NCBI GenBank assembly: GCA_026391555.1
Contig: JAPLEB010000055.1
Location: 6,697 to 70,696 of the forward strand
Length of the DNA: 64,000 nucleotides
Source: Bacteroidia bacterium
GTDB taxonomy: Bacteria; Bacteroidota; Bacteroidia; Bacteroidales; VadinHA17
Direction: 5' to 3'
Shown: in pieces, positions 38,580 to 48,112 of the stretch
Layout: every line of letters starts with the position of its first letter
Numbering within the stretch: the first letter of the stretch is position 1
The notes under the pieces: model-generated
What the model saw: only the letters and a program-made list of their open reading frames with translations
Database searches by the model: none
What the model was told of the DNA's origin: nothing
Translations under genes and position numbers: made by a program

Positions 38580-39872
38580 ATGATGACTTACGATCAGACA
38601 ATACAATTTCTTTATGCCCAGCTTCCCGCTTATCACAGGATAGGGAAAGCAGCTTATAAGAATGATCTGAATACTACCATTGCCCTTGACAATTATTTCG
38701 GTAATCCTCACTTGAAGTACCGTACAATTCATGTTGCGGGAACAAATGGCAAAGGATCCGTTTCACACATGATTGCATCAATTCTTCAGGAAGCCGGTTA
38801 CAGGACTGGGTTATATACTTCTCCTCATCTTAAGGATTTCAGGGAAAGGATAAAAGTGAACGGAGAGATGATATCTGAAAATGAGGTTATCGCATTTGTG
38901 AAAGAGCAAAAAGGTATTATTGAGTCACTGAAACCATCATTTTTTGAGATGACCATTGCGATGGCTTTTGATTACTTTGCAAAATGCAATGTCGATATTT
39001 CTGTTATTGAAGTTGGGCTTGGAGGGAGACTCGATTCAACAAATATTATAAAACCTGTTTTATCGGTAATTACAAATATCGGCCACGATCACATGGATAT
39101 GCTTGGAAATACTTTCGGAAAGATCGCATCAGAAAAAGCGGGAATAATAAAAGAAAATGTTCCGGTTCTGATAAGTGAAACACAACAGGCAACAAAAGAA
39201 ATCTTTGTTTCAAAAGCTGCTGAATTGGGTTCCCCGATTTCATTTGCTGATAAGAGGTTTTCATGCAGTCTTGAAGAAAGTAATAGCCTGAAAGATGAAA
39301 GAAGATATCAGATAACTGACCTGGTGACCAATCAGAAACTTGAAGGTAAAACAGTACTCGGAGGTGATTATCAGTTAAGAAACATACAGGCTGTATTTAG
39401 TGTATTTGATACACTAAAAGGGATTTTTAAATATTCAGAGAAGAATATTACCGATGGTATCAGAAATGTGATCATAAACACGGGTCTTAAAGGTCGGTGG
39501 CAGATATTAAGTCATGAGCCGCTAACAATATGTGACACAGGGCATAACAAGGAGGGTTTGGAATATGTTCTGGATCAGATACAACGGATTCCAAAGTCAG
39601 GGTTACATATTGTCATTGGTTTCGTAAATGATAAGGATCTGAAATCAGTTTTACCACTTTTCCCAACTGCAGCAATTTATTATTTTACCAAAGCCTCAAT
39701 TCCCAGGGCGCTTGACGAAGAAAAACTTAAATCGGAAGCAGCGAAATACGGACTTAACGGAAAGTGTTATCCCGATGTTAAAACGGCTCTTCTCACTGCC
39801 AGAAAAAATGCTTCACAATCAGATATGATTTTTATAGGAGGCAGTACCTTTATTGTAGCGGAGGTAATTTGA
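38580..39872 (+). CDS. folC: Bifunctional folylpolyglutamate synthase/dihydrofolate synthase
   Basis: 430 aa. HVAGTNGKGS P-loop, SPHL..FRERI, EVGLGGRLDSTN, and ITNIGHDHM. Confidence 0.9.
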   Translation: MMTYDQTIQFLYAQLPAYHRIGKAAYKNDLNTTIALDNYFGNPHLKYRTIHVAGTNGKGSVSHMIASILQEAGYRTGLYTSPHLKDFRERIKVNGEMISENEVIAFVKEQKGIIESLKPSFFEMTIAMAFDYFAKCNVDISVIEVGLGGRLDSTNIIKPVLSVITNIGHDHMDMLGNTFGKIASEKAGIIKENVPVLISETQQATKEIFVSKAAELGSPISFADKRFSCSLEESNSLKDERRYQITDLVTNQKLEGKTVLGGDYQLRNIQAVFSVFDTLKGIFKYSEKNITDGIRNVIINTGLKGRWQILSHEPLTICDTGHNKEGLEYVLDQIQRIPKSGLHIVIGFVNDKDLKSVLPLFPTAAIYYFTKASIPRALDEEKLKSEAAKYGLNGKCYPDVKTALLTARKNASQSDMIFIGGSTFIVAEVI

Positions 39873-39934
39873 TTTTGCTGCAAAGCTCCTCAGGTTAATT
39901 CACTAAATACCACGAAGAAATGCGATATATTTAT

Positions 39935-39942
39935 TAGATTTG
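39935..39942 (+). promoter_or_regulatory. -7 box candidate for the 5'-nucleotidase gene
   Basis: TAGATTTG lies 22 nt upstream of ATG 39965. No clear -33 TTTG. Confidence 0.3.
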
Positions 39943-39964
39943 TGAATAACTCAACTTTAAAATC

Positions 39965-41767
39965 ATGAAAATAGCGTTAGTGTTTTTTCTGTCAGTGAGT
40001 CTATTCTTACCGCTGCCAGGGCAAACAGAAAAGAAAATCACCATACTGCATACAAACGATCTTCATTCGCATCTTACCGGGTTTGCTCCTGAATCAGCTT
40101 ATTCTCCCCTGTCAGTGAATGATGACAATACTGTTGGCGGATTTTCCAGGATTGCTGCCATAATAAAGACAGAAAAGGAAAGTAACACGGGAACATCCCT
40201 GGTAATTGATGCAGGTGATTTTCTGATGGGAACACTTTTTCACAGTGTTGAAATAAAAACAGGGTTTCAGCTCAGGTTGATGAAATCCATGGGGTATGAT
40301 ATTACATGTTTTGGTAATCATGAATTTGATTACGGACCTGAGAAAATGGCAGCCATAATCAGCTCTTCTGTTAAAAACGGAGAAATTCCTGCCTTATTGA
40401 TTGGTAATGCGATGTTTGACAAAAAAGATGGGAGTGATGACGGTCTTGAAAAACTATTATCAGATAATCTTATCGGCAGAAAACTGATATTGACGAAGGA
40501 TGGTATTAAAACAGGCATTTTTTCAATCTTAGGTAAAGATGCTGATGGTGTTGCTCCTAAAGCGACTCCGGTCTCTTTTGCAAAACAATCCTCTTTTGCA
40601 AAGAAAATGGTAAAGGAATTTCAGGCCGAAAAATGCAATATTATAATTTGTATTTCACATTCCGGTGTGTTAAAAGACAAGAGTGGTGAATGGGGTGGAG
40701 AAGATGTTGAACTTGCCAAAGCTGTAAAGGGGATTGACATTATCATCAGCGGACATACTCATACGAGGCTCGATCAGCCTCTGATTGTAAACGGTATTCC
40801 CATAGTGCAGGCAGGGGAGTTCGGTCAGTTTGTTGGTCGTCTTTCATTAACTTATTCTAATGGAAAACTGAGAGTTGAAAGTTATAAACTTATTCCGGTT
40901 GATGATAAAATCATGGGCGATAAAAATATTAATCTACTCATTGAAGAACAAAAAGAGCGGATCACGACAGAGATTCTTAAACCTCTGAGTATGAACTATG
41001 ACAGACCGGTAATTGAAACAACTTTTGTTATTGAAGGTAATGAAATGGGTGATTTTAAAGAAAGTAACCTGGGTCCGCTGGTTGCTGATGCTATCCATTT
41101 TTATGTGAACGGTAACAGCGATAAAGGCACAGATGTCAGCATGGTTGCTGCCGGTGTGATACGTGATAAAATTATACCTGGTATTCAAACGGCACCCGAT
41201 ATTTTCAGAGTAATGTCGCTTGGTTCCGGAAAGGATGATATTCCGGGTTATCCGCTTTCAAGATTGTATGTAACAGGCAAGGAGTTGAAAAGCATCCTTG
41301 AAATATTGCAGGTAGCTTATAAATCGAAACCGGATAATTATTGCTATTATTCCGGCCTGAGAGTTGAGTATGACCCTGAAAAGGGGTTACTTAAGAAGAT
41401 AAAAAAGATTGAGATTATCCATTCTGATGGAACTGCAGTAAATGTTGATTTTTCGAAAAAGAACAAATCTCTGTATTCTGTTACAGCTAATTCGTATATG
41501 CTTGAATTCTTTGGTATAATCAAAAAGATGAGCTTCGGTTTGATAAATGTTGTTCCAAAAGATGCTACCGGGAACAAGGTTAAAGATATGAAAAACGCAG
41601 TCATCGATATGGATGAAAACAAAGAAGGAGTTCAGGAGGGGAAGGAGTGGCTGGCACTGATGGAATTTCTTGGCTCAATGAAAGATACCAATGGAAATGG
41701 AATTCCCGACATTGATAAGAAATATGCCGGTACGGTAAAGTGTTTCTTTCCTGTAAAAGCTAAATGA
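39965..41767 (+). CDS. Bifunctional metallophosphatase/5'-nucleotidase family protein
   Basis: 600 aa. Signal peptide, ILHTNDLHSH, DAGDF, GNHEFDYG, SGHTH, then a 5'-nucleotidase C-terminal-type domain. Confidence 0.8.
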   Translation: MKIALVFFLSVSLFLPLPGQTEKKITILHTNDLHSHLTGFAPESAYSPLSVNDDNTVGGFSRIAAIIKTEKESNTGTSLVIDAGDFLMGTLFHSVEIKTGFQLRLMKSMGYDITCFGNHEFDYGPEKMAAIISSSVKNGEIPALLIGNAMFDKKDGSDDGLEKLLSDNLIGRKLILTKDGIKTGIFSILGKDADGVAPKATPVSFAKQSSFAKKMVKEFQAEKCNIIICISHSGVLKDKSGEWGGEDVELAKAVKGIDIIISGHTHTRLDQPLIVNGIPIVQAGEFGQFVGRLSLTYSNGKLRVESYKLIPVDDKIMGDKNINLLIEEQKERITTEILKPLSMNYDRPVIETTFVIEGNEMGDFKESNLGPLVADAIHFYVNGNSDKGTDVSMVAAGVIRDKIIPGIQTAPDIFRVMSLGSGKDDIPGYPLSRLYVTGKELKSILEILQVAYKSKPDNYCYYSGLRVEYDPEKGLLKKIKKIEIIHSDGTAVNVDFSKKNKSLYSVTANSYMLEFFGIIKKMSFGLINVVPKDATGNKVKDMKNAVIDMDENKEGVQEGKEWLALMEFLGSMKDTNGNGIPDIDKKYAGTVKCFFPVKAK

Positions 41768-41773
41768 ACTGGT

Positions 41774-43423
41774 TTATTCGCTTTTTCCCCATGAGCTGAA
41801 TGGGTTGTCAACAATTAATCTGGTTTTTCTGTTTGCAACAGTCAGCCCAATCTCGTACATAGTTCTGGTTACCAGCTCCATTTTTTTAAAGTCGATTTTT
41901 TCAACCACATCTCCCGGAGTATGATAATCGGTATGCAGACCTGTAGTGAAGAACAAAACAGGAATATCTTTTTTAACAAAATTATAATGATCGCTTCGGG
42001 CAAAAAGCTGCAATGGATGATTCCTGCCACTAAGACTATAATCAAAATCGAGCGGTGATTTCTTGGCTATATCGTTAGCGATTGCAACAAGCTCTTTACT
42101 CTGGTTATCGGTAATAACAAAGACTGAGTTGGGATCAGTCATCGGATTTTCGTCAGTTGAATCGGCAACTCCTTTTACTCTTCCAATCATATCCATATTC
42201 AGATCGGCAACAGTATTTTCGAGTGGAAACAATGGATTATCAACATAAGATTTTGAGCCATACAAACCGATCTCTTCTCCTGAAACCCACAGGAATAATA
42301 TTGACCGCAAAGGTTTCTTCTCAAGGCTCTGAAAAGCTTCTGCCATAGAAAGGAGTGCAGCACAACCTGACGCATCATCATCGGCGCCGGTATTTACTTT
42401 ACTTTCTGAAGCGCCGATATGATCGTAGTGCCCCGAAAATACTACTACCTCATTTTTCAGGGCAGGGTCGCTTCCTTCGATATATCCCGCAACATTATTG
42501 AGTACCTTTTCTTCTGTAAGTGATACTTCGGTGATTTTCAGCTGTTTGTCTGTTATACTGAAAGAATGAGGCTGAAGTGTTGCATCAATACTGTTCTGAA
42601 GTTCTTCAAGCGAATGGCCTGATCCTTTCAGAAGTGCATCTGCAACTGATCGGTGAATGAAAATAACCTTTGGCATAGCCGACATGAATGGATTTACTAT
42701 TTCTGGTATTTCACGATTTAAAGAAACTGTTGATTTAAAATAACCTGCAATGCCGGGATTTGACTCTTCAAATGATTGAAATCCCGATTTTGGATCAGGT
42801 ACAAAAAGAATAGCTTTTGCTTTGGTATAAATAAGTGTTGCCAGTTTCATCTGAAAACTCATTGCAGAGGTCCAGTTTGGTTCTTCAAACAGACATTTTT
42901 TACCATCTTCCGCCATAGGCGCTCTATCCATTACAAGAAGGATCTTCCCCTCAGTTTTGAGGTTGTCAAAATCATTATATTTATATTTATCTGGCTTAAT
43001 GCCATACCCCGCGAATACGACCTCTCCGTCAAGTATGAAATCAGATGGTCCCGTGGGGACAATTTGGAACATAGGCTCATATAATGCCAGCGTGTCCTTG
43101 CCACTGGAGATTATCTGAACCCTGGTTTTATTTTGATCCATTGATTTTTTCATAACAGAATAGGGCTGAAAATAGCTGTTGCCATTGGCAGGTTTGAGAC
43201 CCAATAATTTAGCCTGCGATACAATATAACGCGCTGCAATTTCGAGTCCCTCTTCTCCATTCTTCCTGCCTTTAAGAAGAGGAGAGGCAAGGAATGAAAT
43301 ATAACTCTCGAGATCTGATGAAGTTATCTGGTTTATAGAGTTGTTGTTCTTTTGCGGGTAAACGGATACAGGAGCCATTGCAGTGAGAATCATTGCAATG
43401 AGGCAAAATAACTTTCTTTTCAT
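41774..43423 (-). CDS. M28 family metallopeptidase with PA (protease-associated) domain
   Basis: 549 aa. Signal peptide. GHYDHIG, GADDDASGCAALL, VSGEEIGLYGS, and TDYHTPGD zinc-ligand blocks. Confidence 0.85.
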   Translation of the reverse strand: MKRKLFCLIAMILTAMAPVSVYPQKNNNSINQITSSDLESYISFLASPLLKGRKNGEEGLEIAARYIVSQAKLLGLKPANGNSYFQPYSVMKKSMDQNKTRVQIISSGKDTLALYEPMFQIVPTGPSDFILDGEVVFAGYGIKPDKYKYNDFDNLKTEGKILLVMDRAPMAEDGKKCLFEEPNWTSAMSFQMKLATLIYTKAKAILFVPDPKSGFQSFEESNPGIAGYFKSTVSLNREIPEIVNPFMSAMPKVIFIHRSVADALLKGSGHSLEELQNSIDATLQPHSFSITDKQLKITEVSLTEEKVLNNVAGYIEGSDPALKNEVVVFSGHYDHIGASESKVNTGADDDASGCAALLSMAEAFQSLEKKPLRSILFLWVSGEEIGLYGSKSYVDNPLFPLENTVADLNMDMIGRVKGVADSTDENPMTDPNSVFVITDNQSKELVAIANDIAKKSPLDFDYSLSGRNHPLQLFARSDHYNFVKKDIPVLFFTTGLHTDYHTPGDVVEKIDFKKMELVTRTMYEIGLTVANRKTRLIVDNPFSSWGKSE

Positions 43424-43492
43424 AGCAGTGTTGAATTGTAATGATGATTTGCATTGTGGTAAAGGTAATAAAGATATAAGGAATTATTTTTA

Positions 43493-43500
43493 TAAGTTTG
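43493..43500 (+). promoter_or_regulatory. -7 box candidate for the TerC-family gene
   Basis: TAAGTTTG lies 18 nt upstream of ATG 43519. Confidence 0.3.
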
Positions 43501-43518
43501 CAACCTAATCATATTTTT

Positions 43519-44295
43519 ATGGGGGCAAGCATTTATTTCTGGATCGGATTTCATTTTTTCATATTCATAATGCTTGCCCTTGATCTGGGTATTTTTCATA
43601 AGCACACACATAATAGTGTTGACAATATTTTTGTATTCATTCTTATTTTTTCCTTTTTCGCAGTTAAAGATCAGTATCAACACAAAATATTATTCTGGGG
43701 TATTCTTGGGGCTCTGATAATGAGGGGAATATTCATATTTGCCGGGGTTGCTCTAATAACCCGGTTTCATTGGATAGTAATTATTTTTGGAGGCTTTCTT
43801 GTTTTCACAGGAATAAAAATGCTCTTTCAAAAGGAGGCAGAAGTTGATCCTGAAAAGAATCCAATAGTCAGGTTTTTTAAAAAGTTTCTTCCCGTTACAG
43901 ATTCATTACATGGCGACAAATTATTTGTCAGGCAGAATAGCCGATTACATGCTACCCCACTGTTCCTGGTTCTGCTCATCATTGAATCTTCTGATCTTAT
44001 ATTTGCTGTTGACAGCATACCTGCAATACTGGCTATAAGTCAGGACAGGTTCATCGTTTATACATCGAATATCTTTGCAATATTAGGGCTGCGCTCACTT
44101 TATTTTGCAATAGCCGGAATAATGGGTTATTTCCGTTACCTGAAAGTTGGTCTGGCTTTTGTTCTGACATTTGTTGGTTTGAAGATGCTTAGTTCATATT
44201 TTCATTTTGAGATCCCGATAGTTTTATCGCTGGTAATAATTATCTTCATTCTTCTGATATCAATTTTGGCATCAGTTTTTGTAAAAAAGAAATAA
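43519..44295 (+). CDS. TerC/Alx family integral membrane protein (apparently lacking an internal segment)
   Basis: MLALDLGIFHK..., SVDNIFVFILIFSFFAV, YQHKILFWGILGALIMRGIFI, FAVDSIPAILAIS, and NIFAILGLRSLYF are TerC-family blocks. About 258 aa from ATG 43519. See the finding on the missing TM2 region. Confidence 0.8.
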   Translation: MGASIYFWIGFHFFIFIMLALDLGIFHKHTHNSVDNIFVFILIFSFFAVKDQYQHKILFWGILGALIMRGIFIFAGVALITRFHWIVIIFGGFLVFTGIKMLFQKEAEVDPEKNPIVRFFKKFLPVTDSLHGDKLFVRQNSRLHATPLFLVLLIIESSDLIFAVDSIPAILAISQDRFIVYTSNIFAILGLRSLYFAIAGIMGYFRYLKVGLAFVLTFVGLKMLSSYFHFEIPIVLSLVIIIFILLISILASVFVKKK

Positions 44296-44482
44296 CCTTT
44301 TTTGTCACTTCCTTTACTCATTAATTTTACTGCGCCAGATGATTAACAGCACTGTATTAAAATTTATTCAGTTAAATATCAGGATCATATCCTTGTATCT
44401 TAGTGACATTTCCATTTTTTGTGACTTCAAGGAGTAGAAAATTATATAGCAAAAATATAATTAAATAAATGAGATACAACTT

Positions 44483-44505
44483 ACAATTTCTAAATAAAAA
44501 ATTGT
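44483..44505 (-). terminator. Weak AT-rich hairpin after the DUF456 gene
   Basis: ACAATTT/AAATTGT 7-bp stem. An alternative 8-bp pairing AGATACAA/TTGTATCT spans 44472-44509. No clean T-tract. Confidence 0.25.
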
Positions 44506-44507
44506 AT

Positions 44508-45014
44508 CTACCGGCTAAAATACATAATACACTCCTTCACAAAATAGAATGTCATTACGAAGGAAGCAGCAAGTTTTAGGCCGATGCCTGTAAGAAAACC
44601 CAGCAGGCTTCCAAAACCTGCTTTGAAAGCATAGTTTATATCATCTTTGAATATCATTTCCCCGACAAAGGCACCGAATAATGGTCCTAATATTATACCC
44701 ATCGGACCAAGGAAAATACCAATTATCAATCCGATAGTAGCACCCTTCGTTCCGTACTTGGAGCCGCCGAATCTTTTGGTTCCCCAGGCGGGAACAATAT
44801 AATCCAGAACTGTAACAACAACTGCAATGGCGCCAAGAGTCATTAGCACAGGATATGTTAATACAGGATTTGGAGAATGACCGAACCGGCTTAAGTGAAG
44901 TAATATTAATCCAAGAAAACTGAAAGGAGGCCCGGGCAACACAGGTACCAGGCACCCAATAATTCCCAGGATCATTAGAAGTATTCCTAATATAAGGAGA
45001 ATATAATCAGACAT
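44508..45014 (-). CDS. DUF456 domain-containing membrane protein
   Basis: 168 aa. Glycine-rich TM protein starting LGILLMILGIIGCLVPVLPGPP, typical of DUF456/YqgC-like proteins (from memory). Confidence 0.7.
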   Translation of the reverse strand: MSDYILLILGILLMILGIIGCLVPVLPGPPFSFLGLILLHLSRFGHSPNPVLTYPVLMTLGAIAVVVTVLDYIVPAWGTKRFGGSKYGTKGATIGLIIGIFLGPMGIILGPLFGAFVGEMIFKDDINYAFKAGFGSLLGFLTGIGLKLAASFVMTFYFVKECIMYFSR

Positions 45015-45029
45015 TTAGAAATATCCTTT

Positions 45030-45473
45030 CTACTTTTCCCCAAGGTCTTCAAACTCGACGTTAGTAAACTCATTGGTGGTAAGAGTGATTTTTTCGTCAC
45101 CTGGTTCAGCATCTGATGATGGTTTGGGAGTTGTTAGTTCATCTTTGCTATTTTCAATATATGTAACAGCATCTTTTAATCCTTCTGTAAATTTTTCAAA
45201 ATCTTCCTTATAAAGAAAGATCTTATGTTTTTCGTAAAATACTTTACCTTCATTGCCTAAACGTTTTTTGCTTTCAGTAATAGTCAGATAATAATCATCC
45301 TTGCGTGTAGCTTTCACATCGAAAAAATATGTTCTTTTTCCGGCGCGTACCACCTTGGTGAAAATTTCTTCCTTTACAATTTTTTCATTATGCCCGTTTA
45401 TGACTTCCTTTATTCCGGCTTCTTCTTCCATTTCAAAGTCAGTTAGTGTTAGGGTTTTGTTTTGTATTGTCAA
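45030..45473 (-). CDS. PUR-alpha-like DNA/RNA-binding protein (DUF3276)
   Basis: 147 aa. VRAGKRTYFFDVKATRKDDYYLTITESKKR and YEKHKIFLYKEDFEKF form a PUR-repeat-like pattern conserved in Bacteroidota. Confidence 0.7.
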   Translation of the reverse strand: MTIQNKTLTLTDFEMEEEAGIKEVINGHNEKIVKEEIFTKVVRAGKRTYFFDVKATRKDDYYLTITESKKRLGNEGKVFYEKHKIFLYKEDFEKFTEGLKDAVTYIENSKDELTTPKPSSDAEPGDEKITLTTNEFTNVEFEDLGEK

Positions 45474-45539
45474 ATGTAATAATTATTTTATCAAATCAAA
45501 ACAGGGCTGATTAATTGTCCTTAAATTTTGCCTTGTTGT

Positions 45540-45569
45540 TTTGAGGGTAAGGGAAAAAGAGTATTTTTG
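45540..45569 (+). promoter_or_regulatory. Bacteroidota-type promoter candidate for the nusB-yajC-coaE gene string
   Basis: TTTG (45540-45543), 18-nt spacer, TATTTTTG (45562-45569). Lies 26 nt upstream of ATG 45596. Confidence 0.4.
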
Positions 45570-45595
45570 CAGCGGAAATCCGAGGTTGTTTATTA

Positions 45596-46555
45596 ATGAT
45601 AAGCAGAAGATTACTACGTATAAAAGCCTTAATGGCTCTTTATGCTTTTAACCGCAGGGGGGATGGAAATCTTACCCAGGCCGAGACAGAACTAATGTTC
45701 AGTATTGATAAGACTTATGATCTTTATCACTATCTGCTGCTGCTCGTCCTTGAAGTTGTTGATATTGCAGGAGAGAAGATCGGTCAGGCCCTCATGAAGA
45801 GGATACCAACACCCGAGGACCTGAATCCCCCTAAACGGTTTATTGATAACCATGTTATCGCACAGCTGAGAGCTAATCTGGCATTTAAAAACTATATTTC
45901 TTCTAATAAGCTTTCATGGGTTAACAATTCACATATCCCCCGCCTTCTGTACAATAAGATGATTGTATGGGAAGTATATGAGGAGTATATGAAGTCGGGA
46001 AATCATAATTATTTGTCTGACAAGAAGTTCATTATCAAACTGATCACTGATCTGTTTTCCAATTCGGAAGATCTTCAGTCAAATCTTGAAGAGCAAAGCA
46101 TCTATTGGAATGACGATATGGAATATATATCAGCAATGGTTGAAAAAACCCTGAGAAAATTTAAAGCTGATTCAGGGGAAAAAACCCCACTGATGCCTTT
46201 GTTTAAAAACGAAGAGGATGAAGAATTTGTGAAAATCCTGTTCAGAAAAGCAATCCTGCATTCTGAAAAATGTTCTGAACTCATTAATAAAAATACAACC
46301 AACTGGGAGGTTGAGCGGATTGCCCTCATGGACATCTTTGTGATGCAACTTGCAATAACTGAAATACTTGAGTTTCCGGAAATACCTGTTAAGGTTACTC
46401 TTAATGAGTACATTGAAATTGCCAAATACTATTGTACTTCAAAAAGCAGTACCTTTGTCAACGGAATTCTCGATAATATCGTTAAAGAAATCCGGGAAGA
46501 GGGGCTTTTTAATAAATTTGGAAGAGGGTTGGTTGGCGAAGCATTAACCGATTAA
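45596..46555 (+). CDS. nusB: Transcription antitermination factor NusB (long Bacteroidota form)
   Basis: 319 aa. N-terminal RRLLRIKALMALYAF, and a C-terminal NusB core WEVERIALMDIFVMQLAITEIL...PVKVTLNEYIEIAKYY...FVNGILD. Confidence 0.85.
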   Translation: MISRRLLRIKALMALYAFNRRGDGNLTQAETELMFSIDKTYDLYHYLLLLVLEVVDIAGEKIGQALMKRIPTPEDLNPPKRFIDNHVIAQLRANLAFKNYISSNKLSWVNNSHIPRLLYNKMIVWEVYEEYMKSGNHNYLSDKKFIIKLITDLFSNSEDLQSNLEEQSIYWNDDMEYISAMVEKTLRKFKADSGEKTPLMPLFKNEEDEEFVKILFRKAILHSEKCSELINKNTTNWEVERIALMDIFVMQLAITEILEFPEIPVKVTLNEYIEIAKYYCTSKSSTFVNGILDNIVKEIREEGLFNKFGRGLVGEALTD

Positions 46556-46598
46556 AATTTATATTTATAATAATTACTAATTTTAAAAATTTGAAACG

Positions 46599-46922
46599 AT
46601 GAACAATTTTGCTTATTTATTTTTGATGGGTCAACCTGCCGGAGCTGCCGGTCAGAGTAATCCGCTTGTGACTTTTCTTCCCCTTATTCTTGTTTTTGTT
46701 GTTTTTTATTTTTTCATGATCAGACCTCAGATGAAAAAACAGAAAGAGACGAACAACTACAGGAGTTCCCTGAAAAGAGGAGATAAAGTTGTAACTACCG
46801 GTGGAATTTATGGCAAAATATACGAAGTAAAAGACAACTATGTAACTTTGGATGTTGGCGGGGATATCAAACTGAAAGTTGATAAAAGCGCCCTGCTTAA
46901 AGATCCTTCAGCTGAAGAATAA
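46599..46922 (+). CDS. yajC: Preprotein translocase subunit YajC
   Basis: 107 aa. Single TM helix, then FFMIRPQMKKQKE...LKRGDKVVTTGGIYGKI. Confidence 0.9.
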   Translation: MNNFAYLFLMGQPAGAAGQSNPLVTFLPLILVFVVFYFFMIRPQMKKQKETNNYRSSLKRGDKVVTTGGIYGKIYEVKDNYVTLDVGGDIKLKVDKSALLKDPSAEE

Positions 46923-46974
46923 AACTTAACTTCTTTTCATTTAACCTTTTGTGAAGGGAAAACATGGGATAGAG

Positions 46975-47469
46975 ATGGAAAACCTTACGAAAAAGGAAGT
47001 AAGCGTAATCAACAGAGATGTTGTGGTTTTTGCTTTCTTCCTTTTTCTTTCTTTCGTCTTCTGGTACCTTAATTTTCTTGGGAAAGAAACTGAAGCTGAT
47101 ATCAGATATTCTGTCAGGTATATCAACTTTCCAAAAGAAAGAGTAATAATTGAAGAGCCCCCGGTCAAACTGAACCTCTATCTTAAAGGACCGGGTTATT
47201 CAGTATTGAAGCTCAAAGTATCAGGTAACACGATACCCGTTATAATTGATATTTCAAAGGTTAATTACAAACGAGTTCCGGGCAGCACGGATCTTAATTA
47301 TTTTATTGTCGCATCAGGGCTTATAAAAAGCCTTACTGTTCAGTTAAGATCCGGATGTGAAATTACCTCAATTAAACCCGATACACTCTTTTTTACCCTT
47401 GATAAGGTAGTTACAAAATCAGCTTCGACTACACCTGATAATAAGGTTGTTAAAAACAGTAAAAGATAA
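46975..47469 (+). CDS. YbbR-like domain-containing protein (short)
   Basis: N-terminal TM helix, then one YbbR-type beta repeat (LNLYLKGPGYSVLKLK...). Sits at the usual position between yajC and coaE in Bacteroidota. Start moved from GTG 46951 to ATG 46975. Confidence 0.6.
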   Translation: MENLTKKEVSVINRDVVVFAFFLFLSFVFWYLNFLGKETEADIRYSVRYINFPKERVIIEEPPVKLNLYLKGPGYSVLKLKVSGNTIPVIIDISKVNYKRVPGSTDLNYFIVASGLIKSLTVQLRSGCEITSIKPDTLFFTLDKVVTKSASTTPDNKVVKNSKR

Positions 47470-47516
47470 CCTTTAGTTTAAGAGAAGGCTAAATGAGAAA
47501 AGGAAAAAAACAAGGT

Positions 47517-48110
47517 ATGAAGCTTGGTGTGACAGGTGGCATCGGGAGCGGTAAAACATCTGTTTGCAAAGTGTTTAATGTGCTGGGAATACCTGTTTTT
47601 TCAGCTGACCCGGAAGCAAGGAAAATAATGGAAAACGATAAGGGCATCATTCGTAGGCTTAATTCTATTGCAGGCAGGGACCTTTACATTAATGGGAGTC
47701 TCGATCGCGTGGAGCTGGCAGCGCTTATCTTTAATGATAATACTCTTCTTGAAAAGGTTAATTCACTTGTTCATCCTGTTGTTTTTGACCATTTTAAGAG
47801 ATGGGAGCTGGAGCAATCCGCACCATACGTGATAATGGAGGCAGCAATACTTTTTGAAAGCGGCGCTTCAAAACTGGTCGACAAGATAGCTACGGTAGTG
47901 GCTCCGATAGAGGAAAGGGTTGAAAGGGTTACTCATGGGAACAGTCTTTCAAGAGAACAGGTTTTTGAGAGGATGCGGAATCAGATGGATGATGATTCCA
48001 GGATAAAGCTCTCAGATTATGTAATTCATAATTCTGAAAAAGATATGATCATCCCGGCGATCCTGAGAATTCATGAAGACATTTTAACATATATAAATAC
48101 CGGCGCCTGA
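47517..48110 (+). CDS. coaE: Dephospho-CoA kinase
   Basis: [14 protein letters not shown]-loop directly after MKL, and VHP.V...EAAILFESG motifs. Start moved to ATG 47517. Confidence 0.9.
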   Translation: MKLGVTGGIGSGKTSVCKVFNVLGIPVFSADPEARKIMENDKGIIRRLNSIAGRDLYINGSLDRVELAALIFNDNTLLEKVNSLVHPVVFDHFKRWELEQSAPYVIMEAAILFESGASKLVDKIATVVAPIEERVERVTHGNSLSREQVFERMRNQMDDDSRIKLSDYVIHNSEKDMIIPAILRIHEDILTYINTGA

Positions 48111-48112
48111 TT

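Noticed and set aside
43424-43518. Looked for a yybP-ykoY (Mn2+) riboswitch upstream of the TerC-family gene.
   Set aside because: The spacer is only 95 nt and very AT-rich. It lacks the conserved GGGGAGUAG-type core and any obvious four-way junction.
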